From Carcharhinus amblyrhynchos (Eukaryota), in assembly GCA_965287045.1 (NCBI GenBank), contig OZ336893.1, positions 43,028,001 through 43,092,000 on the forward strand: a stretch of DNA of 64,000 nt, read 5' to 3'. Under the pieces are notes generated by a model. The model had not been told where the DNA came from. It worked only from the letters and a program-made list of their open reading frames with translations, and made no database searches. This document shows, piece by piece, positions 10,660-24,360 of the stretch (within the stretch, counting starts at the first letter, position 1; every line of letters begins with the position of its first letter). A program made the position numbers and the translations under genes.

Positions 10660-12560
10660 TCATAGAATCACTGAAGATAAAGTATAGAGGAAGTCTTTTG
10701 AGTCATCATGTTCGTGCTGGCATCCAATTATTCCCATTCTCCCATTTTTTTCCCCATGGGCCTACCAATTTTCCCTTTCCAAATATTTTCCAATTCCCTT
10801 CTGAAATTTATTATTGAATCTGTTTCCACAACCCTTTCAATGCAATGCTTTCCAAATCACAGAATCTCACTGGAAAATAACTTTCTCTTTATTTATCCTT
10901 AAGATTTTGAACATTTCTACCAAATCTCCCCTTAATTTTCCCTGCTGTAAGGAGAACAAGTTTTTCGACTCTCTTCAGCTAATAGAAGCCCTTTATTGCT
11001 GGCTCAATTCTAATCTGTCTGCCCTGCACCCTCTCCAAGGCCTTGACATCCTTCCTAGAGTGTGATGCACAGATTTGTCTCGAACACACAGCTTGGACCA
11101 ATGTTTTAGGTTTAGCAGAATTTCCTTGCTTTTGTATCTTATGCCTCTACTTATAAAGTCCATGATCCCAAATGCATTTTCAACAGTCTTTTTATATTAT
11201 CCTGTCACCTTCAATGACTTTCTAATAGACATGCTCAAATTCTGCCACATTGTACTGTTCAGTTTATTTTGCCTGTCCTCAGTTTTCTTTTCAAAATAAA
11301 CCATTCCAACATTTCTGTATTGAATGTGTCATGTGCCTGCGCATTTTAACAGTCTGTCTATCTCCTGAAATATGCTTATGGTTTACGCAATTTCTGAACT
11401 CCATATCATTTGAAAATTTTTGAAATGATGTCCTGTCTACTCAAATCCAGGTAATTATTGTGTCTGTATATGAAAAAGACCTGTGGACTGATACAATCCC
11501 TGGGAGACACCACTGCATACTTCTGACTAAACAACTGTTTCCCACTACTCTCCATTTTCTGACCCTTATCCAATTTTATATCTATGCGACCAATGCAGTC
11601 TTAATCCTCTGGGCTTCAATTTGGTTACAACTCTATTGTGTGGTACCCCATCAAGATCCACAAATAACACTCAGCACACTACCCTCAATGACCCCGACCT
11701 TTACTTATACCCAAGGAGATTGTGGTCAATGTTTCTGCAACTTCCATTACCAACCTGGTAACTGATGCCAGTTACTTCTACTCTGAGCTTTGCCAACCAT
11801 TAAGTAGCTTCTCCATGCTTTTGTCTTCTTCGATTTCTCTATCTCGTCCTTTATCACGACATTATCTTCTTCAGTGAAGACAGATCCAATGTATTCAGGC
11901 AGGATTGCAGTCATACCTGCTGCCGTCTAATTGCCCTAACACCCCTTTTCTATGTTCAGAAAAGATACTGGAGTTCCCTATTTTACTCTCTATTCTCATA
12001 CACATTCTCTTATCTCTTTTTTTCCCGTTCTCCCTCATATTGTACTGACTGAATTATGTACTCAACATTTATCACTGGCCTTTTTCAGTCATTCAGCTTT
12101 GGATGGCCTTTCATTCCCCCTCATGGGCTTGTATCTAGTGTGTACCCAAATGATCCCCTCTCTGAGGGTCTCCCATTATTCATTTGCTGTTTTACTGTTT
12201 CATTTGCCAGTCTGTGATTTCAATCCACCTGATTAGGATTCCTTGCCAACTCAGTAAAATTAGCCTCCTCCAGTTGAATATTTCCATGATTTTCCATAAC
12301 TACTCAAATCTTAATCATAGTCTAATCATTGTTTCCCTAATACAGTCCCTCAGAACTAGATCCAGTAAAGTCTCCAGTCACGTTGACTGGAAACAAACTG
12401 CTCAAAAAAGTCCTCTTGTATGCATTTCAGGAATTCCTTCTCCTCTGTTCCCTTTGCACTGTTATTTTCCTGATTTTTATCAAAGTAATTGAAGTCCCCA
12501 TTATCACAATTTAGCAATCCAGGGATTTACTACCTTTGAGGTCCTGCTGTATAATCAATG
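10660..12560 (-). mobile_element. Highly decayed CR1 LINE
   Basis: Scattered reverse-strand remnants of CR1 ORF2 in the expected order. Confidence 0.6.
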
Positions 12561-12734
12561 CCAAGCCTCTTAAAACTCTGTCAGTAAGATCCAATTATTT
12601 TCCTGCCTATGTGTCGGCTCTAACACGGACCAGGACTTCTCACTGTTCCCCCTACCCCTGCAAAATCCTCTGCAACAGTTCAATGATGTTCTTTTCTGGC
12701 AACAAGGATCGTGTATGATGCACATCAGTGGTTG

Positions 12735-15278
12735 CCACAGTAATGCAGTGGTAATGTTGGGAAAAGCATTAGACAGGAAATCAGAGATGCATGCAGTAAA
12801 GGAACATCTGTGATTACGGGCGACTTTAATCTGGATATAGATTGGGAGAGTCAAATTAGTCACGGTAAATCGAAGAGGAATTTCTGGAGTGTTTCCGTGG
12901 TGGTTTTCTGGAGCAATATGTTGAAGAGCCAACAAGGGATCAGGCCATCTTAGACTGGGTGTTGTGCAATGAGAGAGGGTTAGTTGGTGAGAGAGCTCTT
13001 AAGGAATGAGTGACTATAACATGGTAGAATTCTTTGCCAAGATGGATAGTGATGTAGTTGACTTTGAGACCAGGCTGCTGAATCTCAATAAAGGTAACCA
13101 TGATGGTATGAGGCATGAATTGCCTGTGATGGACTAGGAAACATTACTGAAAAGGAAAGACAGCGGACAGTCAATGGCAGCCATTTAAAGAATGAATAGG
13201 TGGTGAACTCCAGTTGTTTATTCCTGTTTGGCACAAGAGTCGTAAAAGGAATTGTGGCCAAACCATGGCCAAGGGAAATTAGAGATAGTATCAGATTCAA
13301 GGAAGAAACACACAAATTGGCAAGAAAAAGCAATAGGCCTGAGGATTGGCATAGGCTTAAAATTCAGCAACACAGGACCCAAGGGATTGATTAAGCAGGG
13401 AAAAATAGAGTATGAAAGTAAGCCAGCAGGGAATGAAAAAACAGACTATAAAAGTTTCCACAGATATGTAAAAAGAAAAAGACTGACAAAAACAAATGTG
13501 TGCCCCTTACAGTCAAAAACGGGAGAATTCATAACAGGGAACAAAGAAATAGCCAAGGAATTAAATTTGTGCTTTGCTTCAGTCTTCACAAAGGAAAACA
13601 CAAATAATGTGCCAGAAGTGCAGAGAGAAATGAGTTTTCCTGAGGAGCTGAAGGAAATCAGCATTAGTAGAGAAATGGTTTTGGGGAAATTGATGGGATT
13701 AAGATGGATAAATCTCCAGGTCCTGATAATTTTCATCCAGAGTACCTAAGAAAGTGGCCCTGGTTATAGTAGATTGTTTGGTGGTTATTTTCCAAAATTT
13801 TTTGGACACTGGAATAGTTCCTACAGATTGGAGGGTAGTAATGTAAGCCCAATATTCAAAAAGGGAGGAGGAGAGAAAACAGGGAACTATAAACCAGTGA
13901 GCCTAACGTCAATACTGGGGATGTTGCTGGAGTCTATTATCAAGAATTTCATAACTCAGCATTTGGAAGGCAGTGGTATAATCAGACAAAGTCAGCATGG
14001 AGTTATAAAAGTGAAGTCATGCTTGAAGAATCTATTGGAATTTTTTGAGGATGTAACTGAGAGTTGACCAAAGAGAAAACAGCGGATGTGGTTTATTTTG
14101 ACTTTGAGAAGGCTTTCGACAAGGTCTCACATAACAAACTGCCATGTAAAGTTAAAGCACATTTGATTGCAGGCAATGTGTTGAGATTGAAAGCAAGCTA
14201 GTAAGCAGATAGGATCAAAGAGTTGGCATAAATGGGTATTTTTTTGATTGACAGTCAGCGACTAGTGGGGTTCTGCAGGGATCTGTGCTAGAACCCCAAC
14301 TGTTCACATTATATATTAATGATTTTGAAGAGGCAACTGAATATATTATCTCCAAACGTGCAGATGATACAAAGTTGGGTGGGAGGATAAGCTGTGAGGA
14401 GGACGCAGAGATACTTCAGCGTGATTTAAACGAACTGAGTGTGTCGACATCTGCATGACAAATGCAGCATAATGCAAATAAATGTGAGGTTATCCACTTT
14501 GGTAACAATAATAGGAAGACAGATTATTACTTGAATGGGTGTAAATTGAGAGAGCTGGATACTGAATGAGACCCTGATGACCTTGTGCAACAGTTGTTGA
14601 AAGTAAGTGCGCAGGTACAGCAGGCAATATAGAAGCCAAATGGTATATTGGCCTTCATAGCAAGAGGATTTGAGTATAGGGATAGGGATGTTTTGCTGCA
14701 GTTGTATAGGGAGTTGGTGAGGCCACATCTGGAATATTGTTTACAGTTTTGGTATCCTTATCTGAAGAAGGATATCCTTGCTATAGAGGGAGTACCACAA
14801 AGGTTTACCAGGCTGATTCCTGGGTTGGCAGGTCTGTCATATGATGAGAGATTAAGCTGGTTAGGATTATATTCACTGGAGTTTAGAAGAGTGAGAGGGG
14901 ATCTCAGAGAAACTTATAAAATTCTGACAGGGTTAGACAGGATAGATTCAGAAAGAATGTTCCTGATGGTGGGTGAGTCCAGAACTAGGGAGCATAGTTT
15001 GAGGATAAGGGGTAAACCTTTTAGGACTGAGGGTAGGAGAAATCACTTCACCTAGAGGGTGGCGAATGTGTGGAATTTACTATCATAGCACGTAGCTGGG
15101 GCCAAAATGCTGTCCGATTTCAGGAAGAAATTAGATATAGCTCATGGCATTAAAGGGATCAAGGTACATGGGGGGAAAGGGGGGCCAGAATATTGAATTT
15201 AATGATCAGCCATGATCAAAATGAATGGCAGAGTAGGCTCTAAGGGCCGAATGGCCTACTCCTACTCTTCGTTTCCAT
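12735..15278 (+). mobile_element. CR1 LINE ORF2 remnant (end of endonuclease, RT, 3' UTR)
   Basis: GDFN, FASVFTKE, NYKPVSLTS, LVRPHLEYC, LEFRRVRGDL motifs; many stops. Confidence 0.95.
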
Positions 15279-15339
15279 GCTACTATTTAGCAGATTCATC
15301 CAATAGTTGCTATGTATTAGTTGGACACTTCTAAATAAG

Positions 15340-15900
15340 AAAGAACTTATATGTAATTTGGAACCTTTCATAACATTGCAAAATGCTTTACAGTGAGTGA
15401 AGTACTTTTGATGTATAGTCAGTGTGGAAATGTAAAAAAGTGCAGCAAGATCCAGAACAACAAAGTAGTAAATGGATAAACCAGTTAATCTGTTTTGGTT
15501 GAACAATAAATGGTGTGACACTAGAAAAACTCCACTGCCCTTCTTTGAATATTGGCACGGGATCATTTACATCGGCCTGAGAGAGCAGTGCAATATCTAA
15601 TCTGCATCAGCATTTCTGACTGTGCACCATTTCCCCCATCCTGGCATGGGTTATGGACAAGGTTTTCCAGCTTTTTCCATTGGAAACCCATCTTCTGGCA
15701 GGTTCCTTGGCAGCAGCCACACAAAACTCTGTAGACATCGGTGGGACTGGAAGATCCCGCTGCCAGCCAATCCTGAGCCACCTCTACTGCCGGAAAACCA
15801 GGGGTCCAGAAAATCCTGCCCTATATACTCAACTCTCTGGGGTAAGGACTGAACCTCAAACTTTTGAGTCAGACTACAAGAGTGCTATCACTAAACCAAG
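15340..15900 (-). mobile_element. Decayed Deu-domain SINE containing a MITE-like insert (15655-15821)
   Basis: GAAGTACTTTTGA.GT.TAGTCA as at 48618-49014; insert ends GAAAATCCTGCCC. Confidence 0.55.
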
Positions 15901-15953
15901 AGGACTACCCACAGAAAGCACTGAGGTGTCTAGATTCTTTCAGTTGCTTTTTC

Positions 15954-16216
15954 AAAGTTTATTTATTAGTGTCACAAGTAGCCTTATATCAACACTGCAA
16001 TGAAGTTACTGTGAAATTCCCCTAGTCACTACACTCCAGCATCTGTTCGGTTCACTGAGGGAAAATTTACCATGGCCAATGAACCTAACCAGCATTTCTG
16101 CATGGGAGGAAACCCATGCAGATGTGGGGAGAACATGCAAACTCCACACAGACTGTAACCCAAGCTGGGAATCAAACCTGGGTGCCTAGCACTGTGAGGG
16201 AACAGTGCTAACCACT
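15954..16216 (-). mobile_element. V-type SINE, alternative tail
   Basis: Similar to 4097-4405. Confidence 0.85.
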
Positions 16217-17789
16217 TTAAGAGTTGTATTGGCTGTTTCAATATAATCCAAGGATTGTTTATGGTATTTATCTCTACTAATTGTAGCACTTTACACTCAT
16301 TTCTATTAAATTTTGTCTGCTATTCTGTCTACTTAAAGATTTTCCTCTAATACATTCTATAATTTTGGGTTGCTTCCTTCAATTACACTGTCACTCCTAG
16401 TTTGGTGTCACCTGCAAATTGCCTTGTGATTAGATTACAGACTAATCTTTATTATCCACATTCAACATATTTAATGTAAATGTGATTGTCCACAATGATT
16501 TAGATGCTGTGTCACTATAATCTGACAACTAAAAGTAATAGTTTTGTGGAACAAATCTATTTCCACAAGTCATGTCAACTTTGATTTATTCTCCAGGATT
16601 CAGGATCCATGGAAATGCTGTGTCACAGTTAATTAAATCCACGAATATATACAGATATCTCGCAGGAGAGATAAACAATATCATTAGGATCTTAATGATT
16701 TTCAGAATTCCTCAGGCTCTGGAACAGCATTGTGGGATACCAGCTTACAAATGTTAAATGTTCTCTTTGAAAGTTCTTGCCTCTATTTCAACAGAGGCAT
16801 CAATAGCTTCTAAATTAAAGGGTTAATGCTACCATTACAAAGAGGCAGAGCAGTTTTTGATTAAACAAGTTGTTGTATGGTAGCGTCAGGGACCCAAAAT
16901 CTGCATTTTATAACTCAAGGTATTCAGTAATTGGATATACCATTAATGACGCGATCTGAACATTTCTGCAGTTTTGAACACAGTGTCTCCTATTGGAAAC
17001 AAGCGTACAACATTCATCAAATATCTTTCCTTTAATTAGAATTACTTCGCATTGGAAAAGTTGCATTTGACGCAAGTGCTTCGATATTTTTGGAGCGTTT
17101 GTGAATTAGTCTTCCCAGTTTAGCTTGTCACTCATCCCTACTGTTTCATTATCAGAATATCCTGTTCTTTACTGCAGGATAGTGAATTTAATTGTAATTT
17201 ATTCCTTTCTTTTGAAAGGTTTGGATTTTGAATTTTTACGAAGGCACACAGCAACCTTCAGTGTCCTGCCGAATTTTAGCTTCAACACGCACACAGAAGC
17301 ACACTTGTTCAGCAAGGTGCAGGATTCATTCCGTTACTGTGGCAGCACCTGCTCCGCATATAGCAAACGGTCCACTGGGACCAGCTTACTGTTGATATCA
17401 GTCCAGGTCAGCTGGCGGACTCAAATAAATGGTGCAGACAATTTCAGAGCCTTGCAGTTTCCTTTCATACACAATGAAAGACTGTTTGTCGCGTTTGAAA
17501 GGCAGGCTCTTACTGCTCTAGTAAGAATCGCAGCTTCTGTGGCGAGCTATCCCCCTTTCTCTTTTTCCTGCTCCATCCCCCACAACAGAACACTTGCTTC
17601 CTCCCAGAATTCCTGCATTTCAGGAGACAAGAGGTTCAGTGACACATACAACCCGGCCGACCACAACAGGAGAGGCAAACTAGCCATTGGATTGTGCTGT
17701 GTGAAACTAGAACAGCCACAAGAGACCAGCTTACAGCCCCACAGACAGAGACACTTCTTTCCAAATAAATTTATTGCCCCATTAACAAG

Positions 17790-17805
17790 TGACCTCTAAT
17801 GACCT
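17790..17805 (-). promoter_or_regulatory. Perfect DR4 element AGGTCA-ttag-AGGTCA (TR/RXR or LXR/RXR type)
   Basis: TGACCTctaaTGACCT on +, in a TE-free homeobox-motif-rich island with TGATTGAT at 17849-17856. Confidence 0.55.
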
Positions 17806-18839
17806 GGGATCACATTGATCCAATTACATATTCTCAACAGAATGTGTCTGATTGATCAATGATTTGATTGGAGAATGTTTGGCTCATTTTCAGCCCCCAT
17901 TAAATCTATTCCTTCTGGATTGAAAGATCATGAAATTATTTAAGACTTGAACTTGGCTTCAAAAAGATACATTGGTCTTCATTTGAACTGTAGCTTGTCA
18001 TTCACCAGAATGTGAAGATGTTAAAATACATTTAATTAGATTTTATGTTTTGTTTTGTTGTAAACACAACAAACACTACCCCGAAATTTTAAAATGTGGG
18101 ATCTTTGCCTCAAAGAAATTTCAGTTTAACTATAGATGGCTGCTGCCAGCTGAAGAACTCAATCTCCAATGATTTTAATATGTTAATGAGTCTGTATTCT
18201 TCAGATCTTACAGCCTGGCAGCTGAAAGGAAGTGGGACTTGTAAGATCCAGCTTTGCCAACACTGCTTGTGGGCTGGGAGGGAGCAAGAACGCTCCAATC
18301 ACCAGCTCAGTCTTTCAACCAAACTTGTCACTATTTCTTTACCTTTCTCCACAGTCCCTGCGATCTCTCGCCACGTACAATCGCTCTTTCTGCCATAATC
18401 TTTCATTTCCCATAACCTTCTTCCCCACGATCTTCTTTCCATGTAAGCTCTCCCACTCAGCAATCTCTAGCTCACTGCCCCCTCCCCCTCACAATCTTCC
18501 CCTCTTCCCTCAAAGCAATTTCTCTCTGCTTCCCTCTACTAGCTGTGCTCCCCTCCCTCGATCACCCTTTTGATGGCTGGAGTCACCGGGGATAGTTTGA
18601 TTGTTGCCTTGTGGAACAGATATTTTTGCCCATCAGTGAGCCAGGAGCCTCTCACTCTGGCCACCTCCCAGGTGGACAGCAATATAAAAGCAGTCCTAAC
18701 GAGCTCCTAATCCAGCAGGTCCCTCTGCATTCCCGGCATTTCAGCATTTTCCGGGCACTGGCAAGAGTCTAAACTCCCTCCCTGCAGATATCAGAGTCCT
18801 AGAGTCGATCCTCCTTATTGCACGATAATCTGTAGTAGA

Positions 18840-19130
18840 CATAGTAAAAAGTCTCACAACACCAGGTTAAAGTCCAACAGGTTAATTTAGAATCACAAGC
18901 TTTCAGAGCACTGCTCCTTCATCGGGTGATCACAATTTCTTTATCTTTCTCCAGTTCTGCGATCTCTCGCCACACACAATCTCTCTTCCTGCCATAATCT
19001 CTCATCTCCCATAACTTTCTTCCCCATGATCTTCTTTCCATGTAAATTCTTTCCAAATAAATCCATTGGACTTTAACCTGGTGCTGTGAGACTTCTCACT
19101 GTGCTCACCACAGTCCAGCATCTCCACATC
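18840..19130. mobile_element. Penelope-derived inverted insert (subfamily B) with captured DNA in the loop
   Basis: Minus arm 18840-18929 with a hammerhead motif (core CCGAUGA), plus arm ~19048-19130; TSD AATCTGT(A/G)GTAGA at 18827-18839 and 19131-19143. Confidence 0.85.
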
Positions 19131-20800
19131 AATCTGTGGTAGAGCAGTAACATAAAATACTAAAACAGGTTTCCTCTGTTTGATATTTAGAAGAATTGGA
19201 AACTCTCGTGTAAATGACTCTCTTGGTCCTTCCCATTCGACGATATCAGACAATTGGAGGATGCAAGACTTCCTGTGCTGTTAACTTGAGCTGCATTTAG
19301 ATCCACACAGAGGGAACATTTTCCACAGCTACTCTTGCTTAACTGGACGCAGCTTTGGAAACAATACAATTTCCTGCCTAACCCTGTTGCAGACGCCTTG
19401 TGTCAAAAGGAGAGCAAGAAACATGAGAGGCTTCAAAAACTAATGACAAAAATATCACTCAGTCGAAGATGAAAAATCCGTTATCATTGAACAGAACAGC
19501 TGAGACAGAAACTCAACACCAAGGAGACAGAATGAAAAGGTGACGAAATGTGCAGGGCTTTTCATGCGACGCTTTTAAAAATACAAACACTGTTAAAAAT
19601 CTTATATCACACACTGCAGTTTATCCACTCAATGTACTCACTGCATTCACGTGGCCCCTTCTGGGTGCATCTCTGGGGTGGGGAAATGTATGATAGGGTG
19701 GGTGTTTGACAACTCCAGAGGTATCTACAATGGAAAGGTTAGTCTCACAGAAACTCTAAGAGATACTCAGCATATCACCACTTCGCCTGATTACATCCAC
19801 TGGGAGAATATCGACAGCTGTCATTACATTCCGCAGCTCAGATAACAGAGATTCAGAATGGAAGAAAGATGATGTACAAAAGCGGAACCAGAAGTATCCA
19901 ATAAGCGGACAAGTATATAAACTCTGGGAAAGCTACAACATAGATTTATTAGGCTGTTACCTGAACTGGAGTTACAGTCAGGAAGAAAGGCTTGAGCAGG
20001 TAGGTTTTATTCAATGCGCTGTAATACCCAGAGCCAAAATCAACAGAGGAATGACCCTTGTCATCCCATTGTTCCAGCACCATCTGCTCAGATAGACTGA
20101 GGCTGAGATGTTGCTTTCTGCAACAAGCTTTTTGACTCCAGTGTGAAATATTGGAGAATTAGCGCCTAGACAACACATTTCCAGAATAAGCTGCATCCTA
20201 TAAAATCGCCATTTGGCCCAGCGAATTTGTACTGGTTCTTTCAAAGGACAAACCAGTCAGTCTCACTCCCCTGCTCTTTACACCAAACCCTCCACATTTT
20301 TACTCCTTTCAAATATTTATTCAATTCCCGTTTGAATCTGTATCTATCACCCGATCATTCCAAATCTCAGCCACTCATAGCACTGAAAAGTTTATTTTCA
20401 TGTCACCTGTATTGCTTTTGCTATTCAGTCAGTCTGTGCCATCTTGTTATTGACCTAGTAACTATCTGAAACAATTTTGTTACTGACTGTCCCATGTATA
20501 AAGCATTTCGACCCTGGTAAGAGGGAAGAATATAAAACTACAATATATCAATTGAGAGTAATAGGAGATCACCAACTCGGTGACACAGTAAATTGAAGAT
20601 TGAGATCGACAATCTCACAAAATGGTGAAGTGAAGCAGTAACAAGAACTTATATTTGTATAGCACCTTTACTGTGGGATAACTGATGAATGCTGGCTTAG
20701 TCAGGAACACACGTCCCGTAAAATGAATGAAAATTTTAATTTAAGAATGGTGCTCACAGGAGGATTATAAAACTAAATATGACACTTATGAGATATTTCA

Positions 20801-21123
20801 GGTGGTGCAGTGGCATAGTGGTTAGCACTGCTGCCTCACAGCGCCAGGGACCCGGGTTCGATTCTAGCCTTGGGTGACTGTCTGTGTGGAGTTTGCACGT
20901 TGTCCCTGTGTCTGCGTGAATTTCCCCCGGATGCTCCCATTTTCTCCCAGAGTCCAATAATGTGCGGGTTAGGTGGATTGGGCATGCTAAATTAACCCGA
21001 GTGTCAGGGAGATTAGCAGGGTTAATACGTGGGATTACGGGGATAGGGGCTGCGTGGGATTGTTATCGGTACAGACTCAATGGGCTGGATGGCTTCCTTC
21101 TGCACTGTAGGGATTCTATGATT
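20801..21123 (+). mobile_element. HE1-type SINE, full length
   Basis: tRNA-like head with GGGTTCGATTC B box, core, CR1-like tail CTGCACTGTAGGGATTCTATG; splits an L2-like fragment. Confidence 0.92.
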
Positions 21124-21373
21124 AGGCCAGATGACTAAAAGATTAGCCAAAGAAGTAGGTGTTAAGGAGTGTCTTAAGGAATGTGGGTTTTCACAGATTA
21201 CAGACTGTTGAATAATTGCACACTTCCGCAGTTCGGAGAAGTGAGATCATGGGGTTGCTTGCAAGTCAAGCAAAAATAGTTTCCCTGTGTGCAAGATACA
21301 TTTTTAATTGCTCAATTCAGTAACTTGTCATGGGTGCATTCTGGACATGTCAGTAAGCAATAAAAGATACTGC

Positions 21374-21525
21374 CTGATAGACAAGGGAATTAAGGGTTAT
21401 GGGGAGAAAGCGGGAAAATGGAACTGATCCACTTCAGATCAGCCATGATCTTATTGAATGGCGGGGCAGGCTCAAAGGGCTTGATGGCCTACTCCTGCTC
21501 CTATTTCTTATGTTCTTACGTTATG
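21374..21525 (+). mobile_element. CR1 3' end
   Basis: KGYGEKAGKWN, 3' UTR and TTCTTATG tail; related to but more diverged than the young family. Confidence 0.88.
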
Positions 21526-22509
21526 TAAAAACAATCGCTTTCATTGCAGTTTCGATCCAGGAAGTGTAAACTGACGGTCAGACCCCTCGTGAATTAGAGA
21601 TCAGTCCCTTACAGCAGGGTGAAAGGGCCTCAAGAAAATCACTAAAAGAATAAAAGGGAAGGTGGAAAATATTATCACACAGGAATTTATTAGAATGTGA
21701 AATTCTCTCGTACAAGTGTTACACAAAATACCTTACAGGAAATCTGTTTGTTTAAAAAAAAGTTTTAAGGACTGGGACAAACATGCCGGTGAGATTACAT
21801 TTTGGTGGCTTATGTAGAGAATAGCAATAGTCCAGGCGCGATGGTTAGGCGGAGTTGTTTCATTGCTGTGACATTTTCTGATTCCACAGAACATAATTCC
21901 CTTTCCTGGTCCTTGCATCAGCTAAATGGGATATTAAACACATTTTGTACACAGTCTAATTAGTTGCAGTCACTAAATTATTATGGCTCAGATCCACAAA
22001 AGCTTTTGCTAATTTAGCAAAATTAATGTTCCAGAAAATTTTTCATGAATCCACATTTTTAACCGCACTGCTGATTATTCTTTTGCGATAAGACTCGTTC
22101 TTTTTCACTGCCTTGCTTTAGTTGATTCACAGTGGTCAGCAAATTGGTTTTGTATCCTTTCTGGACAACTAACAACTTAACTGATCAACAAGTGATCGGG
22201 TCACGCATCACAGGAATGGTCTCCTGGCGACACAGAACTGTGTATTGCTAAAAAAAGGAGACAGGCTGTTGAAGTTTTTCATCTAACACTCATCAGGGCA
22301 GAAGCATGAATACCAAATTCCAAAGGGAGCAACAAACTATACGGTATGAAAAATGGGTGCTAGTGAGTTGGGAAGTCAACTTTGATTGGTCAAGGTATTG
22401 GATGGAGGATGCGCCAGAAAACTACAATCCCTCAGGGTCCTGCATAATTCAGAAAAGGTATAATGCCTGAGCATATTCCTTTTGTTCTCAGGGGACAAGT
22501 ATCTGCATT

Positions 22510-22800
22510 GCAAACAACTTATACTTATATGACACCTCTAACTTACTGAATCATTCCAAGATACTTGGCAGGAGCATTATAAAGGACTGAGCCATATGAG
22601 GAATTGTTAGGTCAAATGACCAAAAGCTCGGTCCATGAGATAGGTTTTAAGGAGTGTCCTAAAGGAGGCAAATGAAGTAGAAAGGAGCGAGTTGTAGAAA
22701 GGATGTTTCAGAACTTGGGACCTAAACAACTGAAGACTTGTTCACCAACAATGAAGTAATTATCATTGGGATGCACATGAGGCCATAATTAGAAGAATGT
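22510..22800 (-). mobile_element. L2-like LINE 3' fragment
   Basis: TGACCAAAAGCT.GGTC..GAG.TAGGTTTTAAGGAG.GTC shared with 21124-21180. Confidence 0.55.
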
Positions 22801-23109
22801 AGCCAACAAATAGAAATCAAACCTCCTGATATTCGTTAGGAATGAGAGTGCTGAGAAATGTCAAGAGTTTCATTGGATTTCATAGGTTTCTTGCCCATTG
22901 TATTACAAGGAGTCAGCCATGGTTCAGTCTCCGAGTCAAAAGTTTTGTGGTTCAAGTCCTATTCTAGACACTAGAAGACAGAGTAATGTTCTGGCACAGT
23001 ACTGCAGCTCTGTCGGAGATCTCATCTTTTATGTATAATATCAAACCAAGGTTCTGTTGTCCCTCTCAGGTGGATATAGAAGAACTCACAATGCTATTGC
23101 AAGCAGTGT

Positions 23110-23386
23110 ATAGAATCATACAATCCCCACTGAATCTGCACCGACTCTCTGACTAAGTATTTTACCCAGGCCTTCTCCCCCACCCTATCCCTGTATTCCC
23201 ACACATTTTACCATGGCCAATCCATCTAACCAGTACATCTTTGGACTGTGGAGGAAATCGGAGCACCTGGACAAAACCCATGAACATGGGGAGAACGTGC
23301 AAACTGTACACAGTCGCCCAAAGCTGGAATTGAACCTGGGTCTCTGGAGCTGTGAGGCAGCAGTGCTAACCACTGTGCCACCATGC
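23110..23386 (-). mobile_element. HE1-type SINE inside a decayed Deu-SINE (22908-23430, +)
   Basis: Reverse-strand head, core and GATTCTAT tail. Confidence 0.85.
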
Positions 23387-23619
23387 ATGTTGGTCAACAT
23401 TTATCCCTCAACTAACATCACTAAAACACTTTAAAACCACTGCACTGGTTATAAGGTGCTTTGGGATATCCCAAAACCTCATGCAGCACATCACAAAAAC
23501 TGATACATTTCCCCTCCACAATCCACAATGAATAGAAGAACAGACAATTTAAAAAGCAGCTAAGATTTTGAGGAATGAAATGATAATATGTGATTGTTCA
23601 GTCATAACCAGAGAACCAA

Positions 23620-24060
23620 AAAAAAAGTTACAACACAAAGAGACCATTTGGCCCATCATATCTGTGCCAGCCAAAAAAGAGAAAGAAAAGAAACTAGCCA
23701 CTGATTTGAACCTGAGTCTCCAGCAGCTGGTCCTTGGCCTGGCAGGTTCCAGCATCGATGGTACTGACCCAGGTACCTTTGAAATGTGCATTTGATCCTC
23801 AACCACCAATCCAGGCAGTGAATTCCACATGTTCACCACCCTCTGGGTGAAAAAGTTTTTCTCCAGTTCCCCCTAATCCTTCTACCACTCACTTTAAATC
23901 TATGCCCCCTGACAACTGACCCCTCAGCTGTGGAAGCACGTCATTCCTGTCGACCCTGTCTTAGCCTCTCATAATTTTGTTCACCTCAATTTGGTCACCC
24001 CTCCACCTCCGCTATTCTAAGGAAAACAATCCTAGCCAATCCCCTCTCGCCTCATAGCCA
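23620..24060 (-). mobile_element. Old CR1 3' fragment
   Basis: FTQRVVNMWNSLP on the minus strand. Confidence 0.8.
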
Positions 24061-24069
24061 CAGTTTGCT

Positions 24070-24360
24070 CTAGCAGTGAGGTCATTTCCCTTGGACTGTC
24101 TAGTGGTCACCCACTCGTTTTCTGTTCCACGTTCCAAAGCTGCAGTGTGACCATTTCTCCGAATGATCTATCCATGTAGCTCTCAGTCTCGTGGATGCAC
24201 CACAGTGACTCCAGCCACCACTCAAGCTCTGAAATTCAGAGCTCAAGTTTCTGCAGCTGGTAACACTTCCTGTACAAGTGGTTGTGTAGGACACCGGTAG
24301 TATCCATGGCTTCCCACATATTACAAGACATGCGTTCAGCATGACTCAGCTGTCCTGTAT
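24070..24360 (-). mobile_element. CR1 ORF1 remnant (Zn-finger / leucine-zipper region)
   Basis: Frameshifted CNMWE...YRKCYQLQKLEL*ISELE pattern. Confidence 0.6.

Noticed and set aside
17125-17799. 224-aa ORF as a host gene
   Set aside because: Non-ATG start, no recognisable domain or composition; likely a chance ORF over a regulatory island.
20801-20875. tRNA gene (also 54798-54890 and other SINE heads)
   Set aside because: A/B boxes are SINE heads followed by core and tail; no convincing cloverleaf.
21732-21743. Minus-strand 12-nt microexon
   Set aside because: Weak donor (GTATTT) and an A-rich acceptor region.
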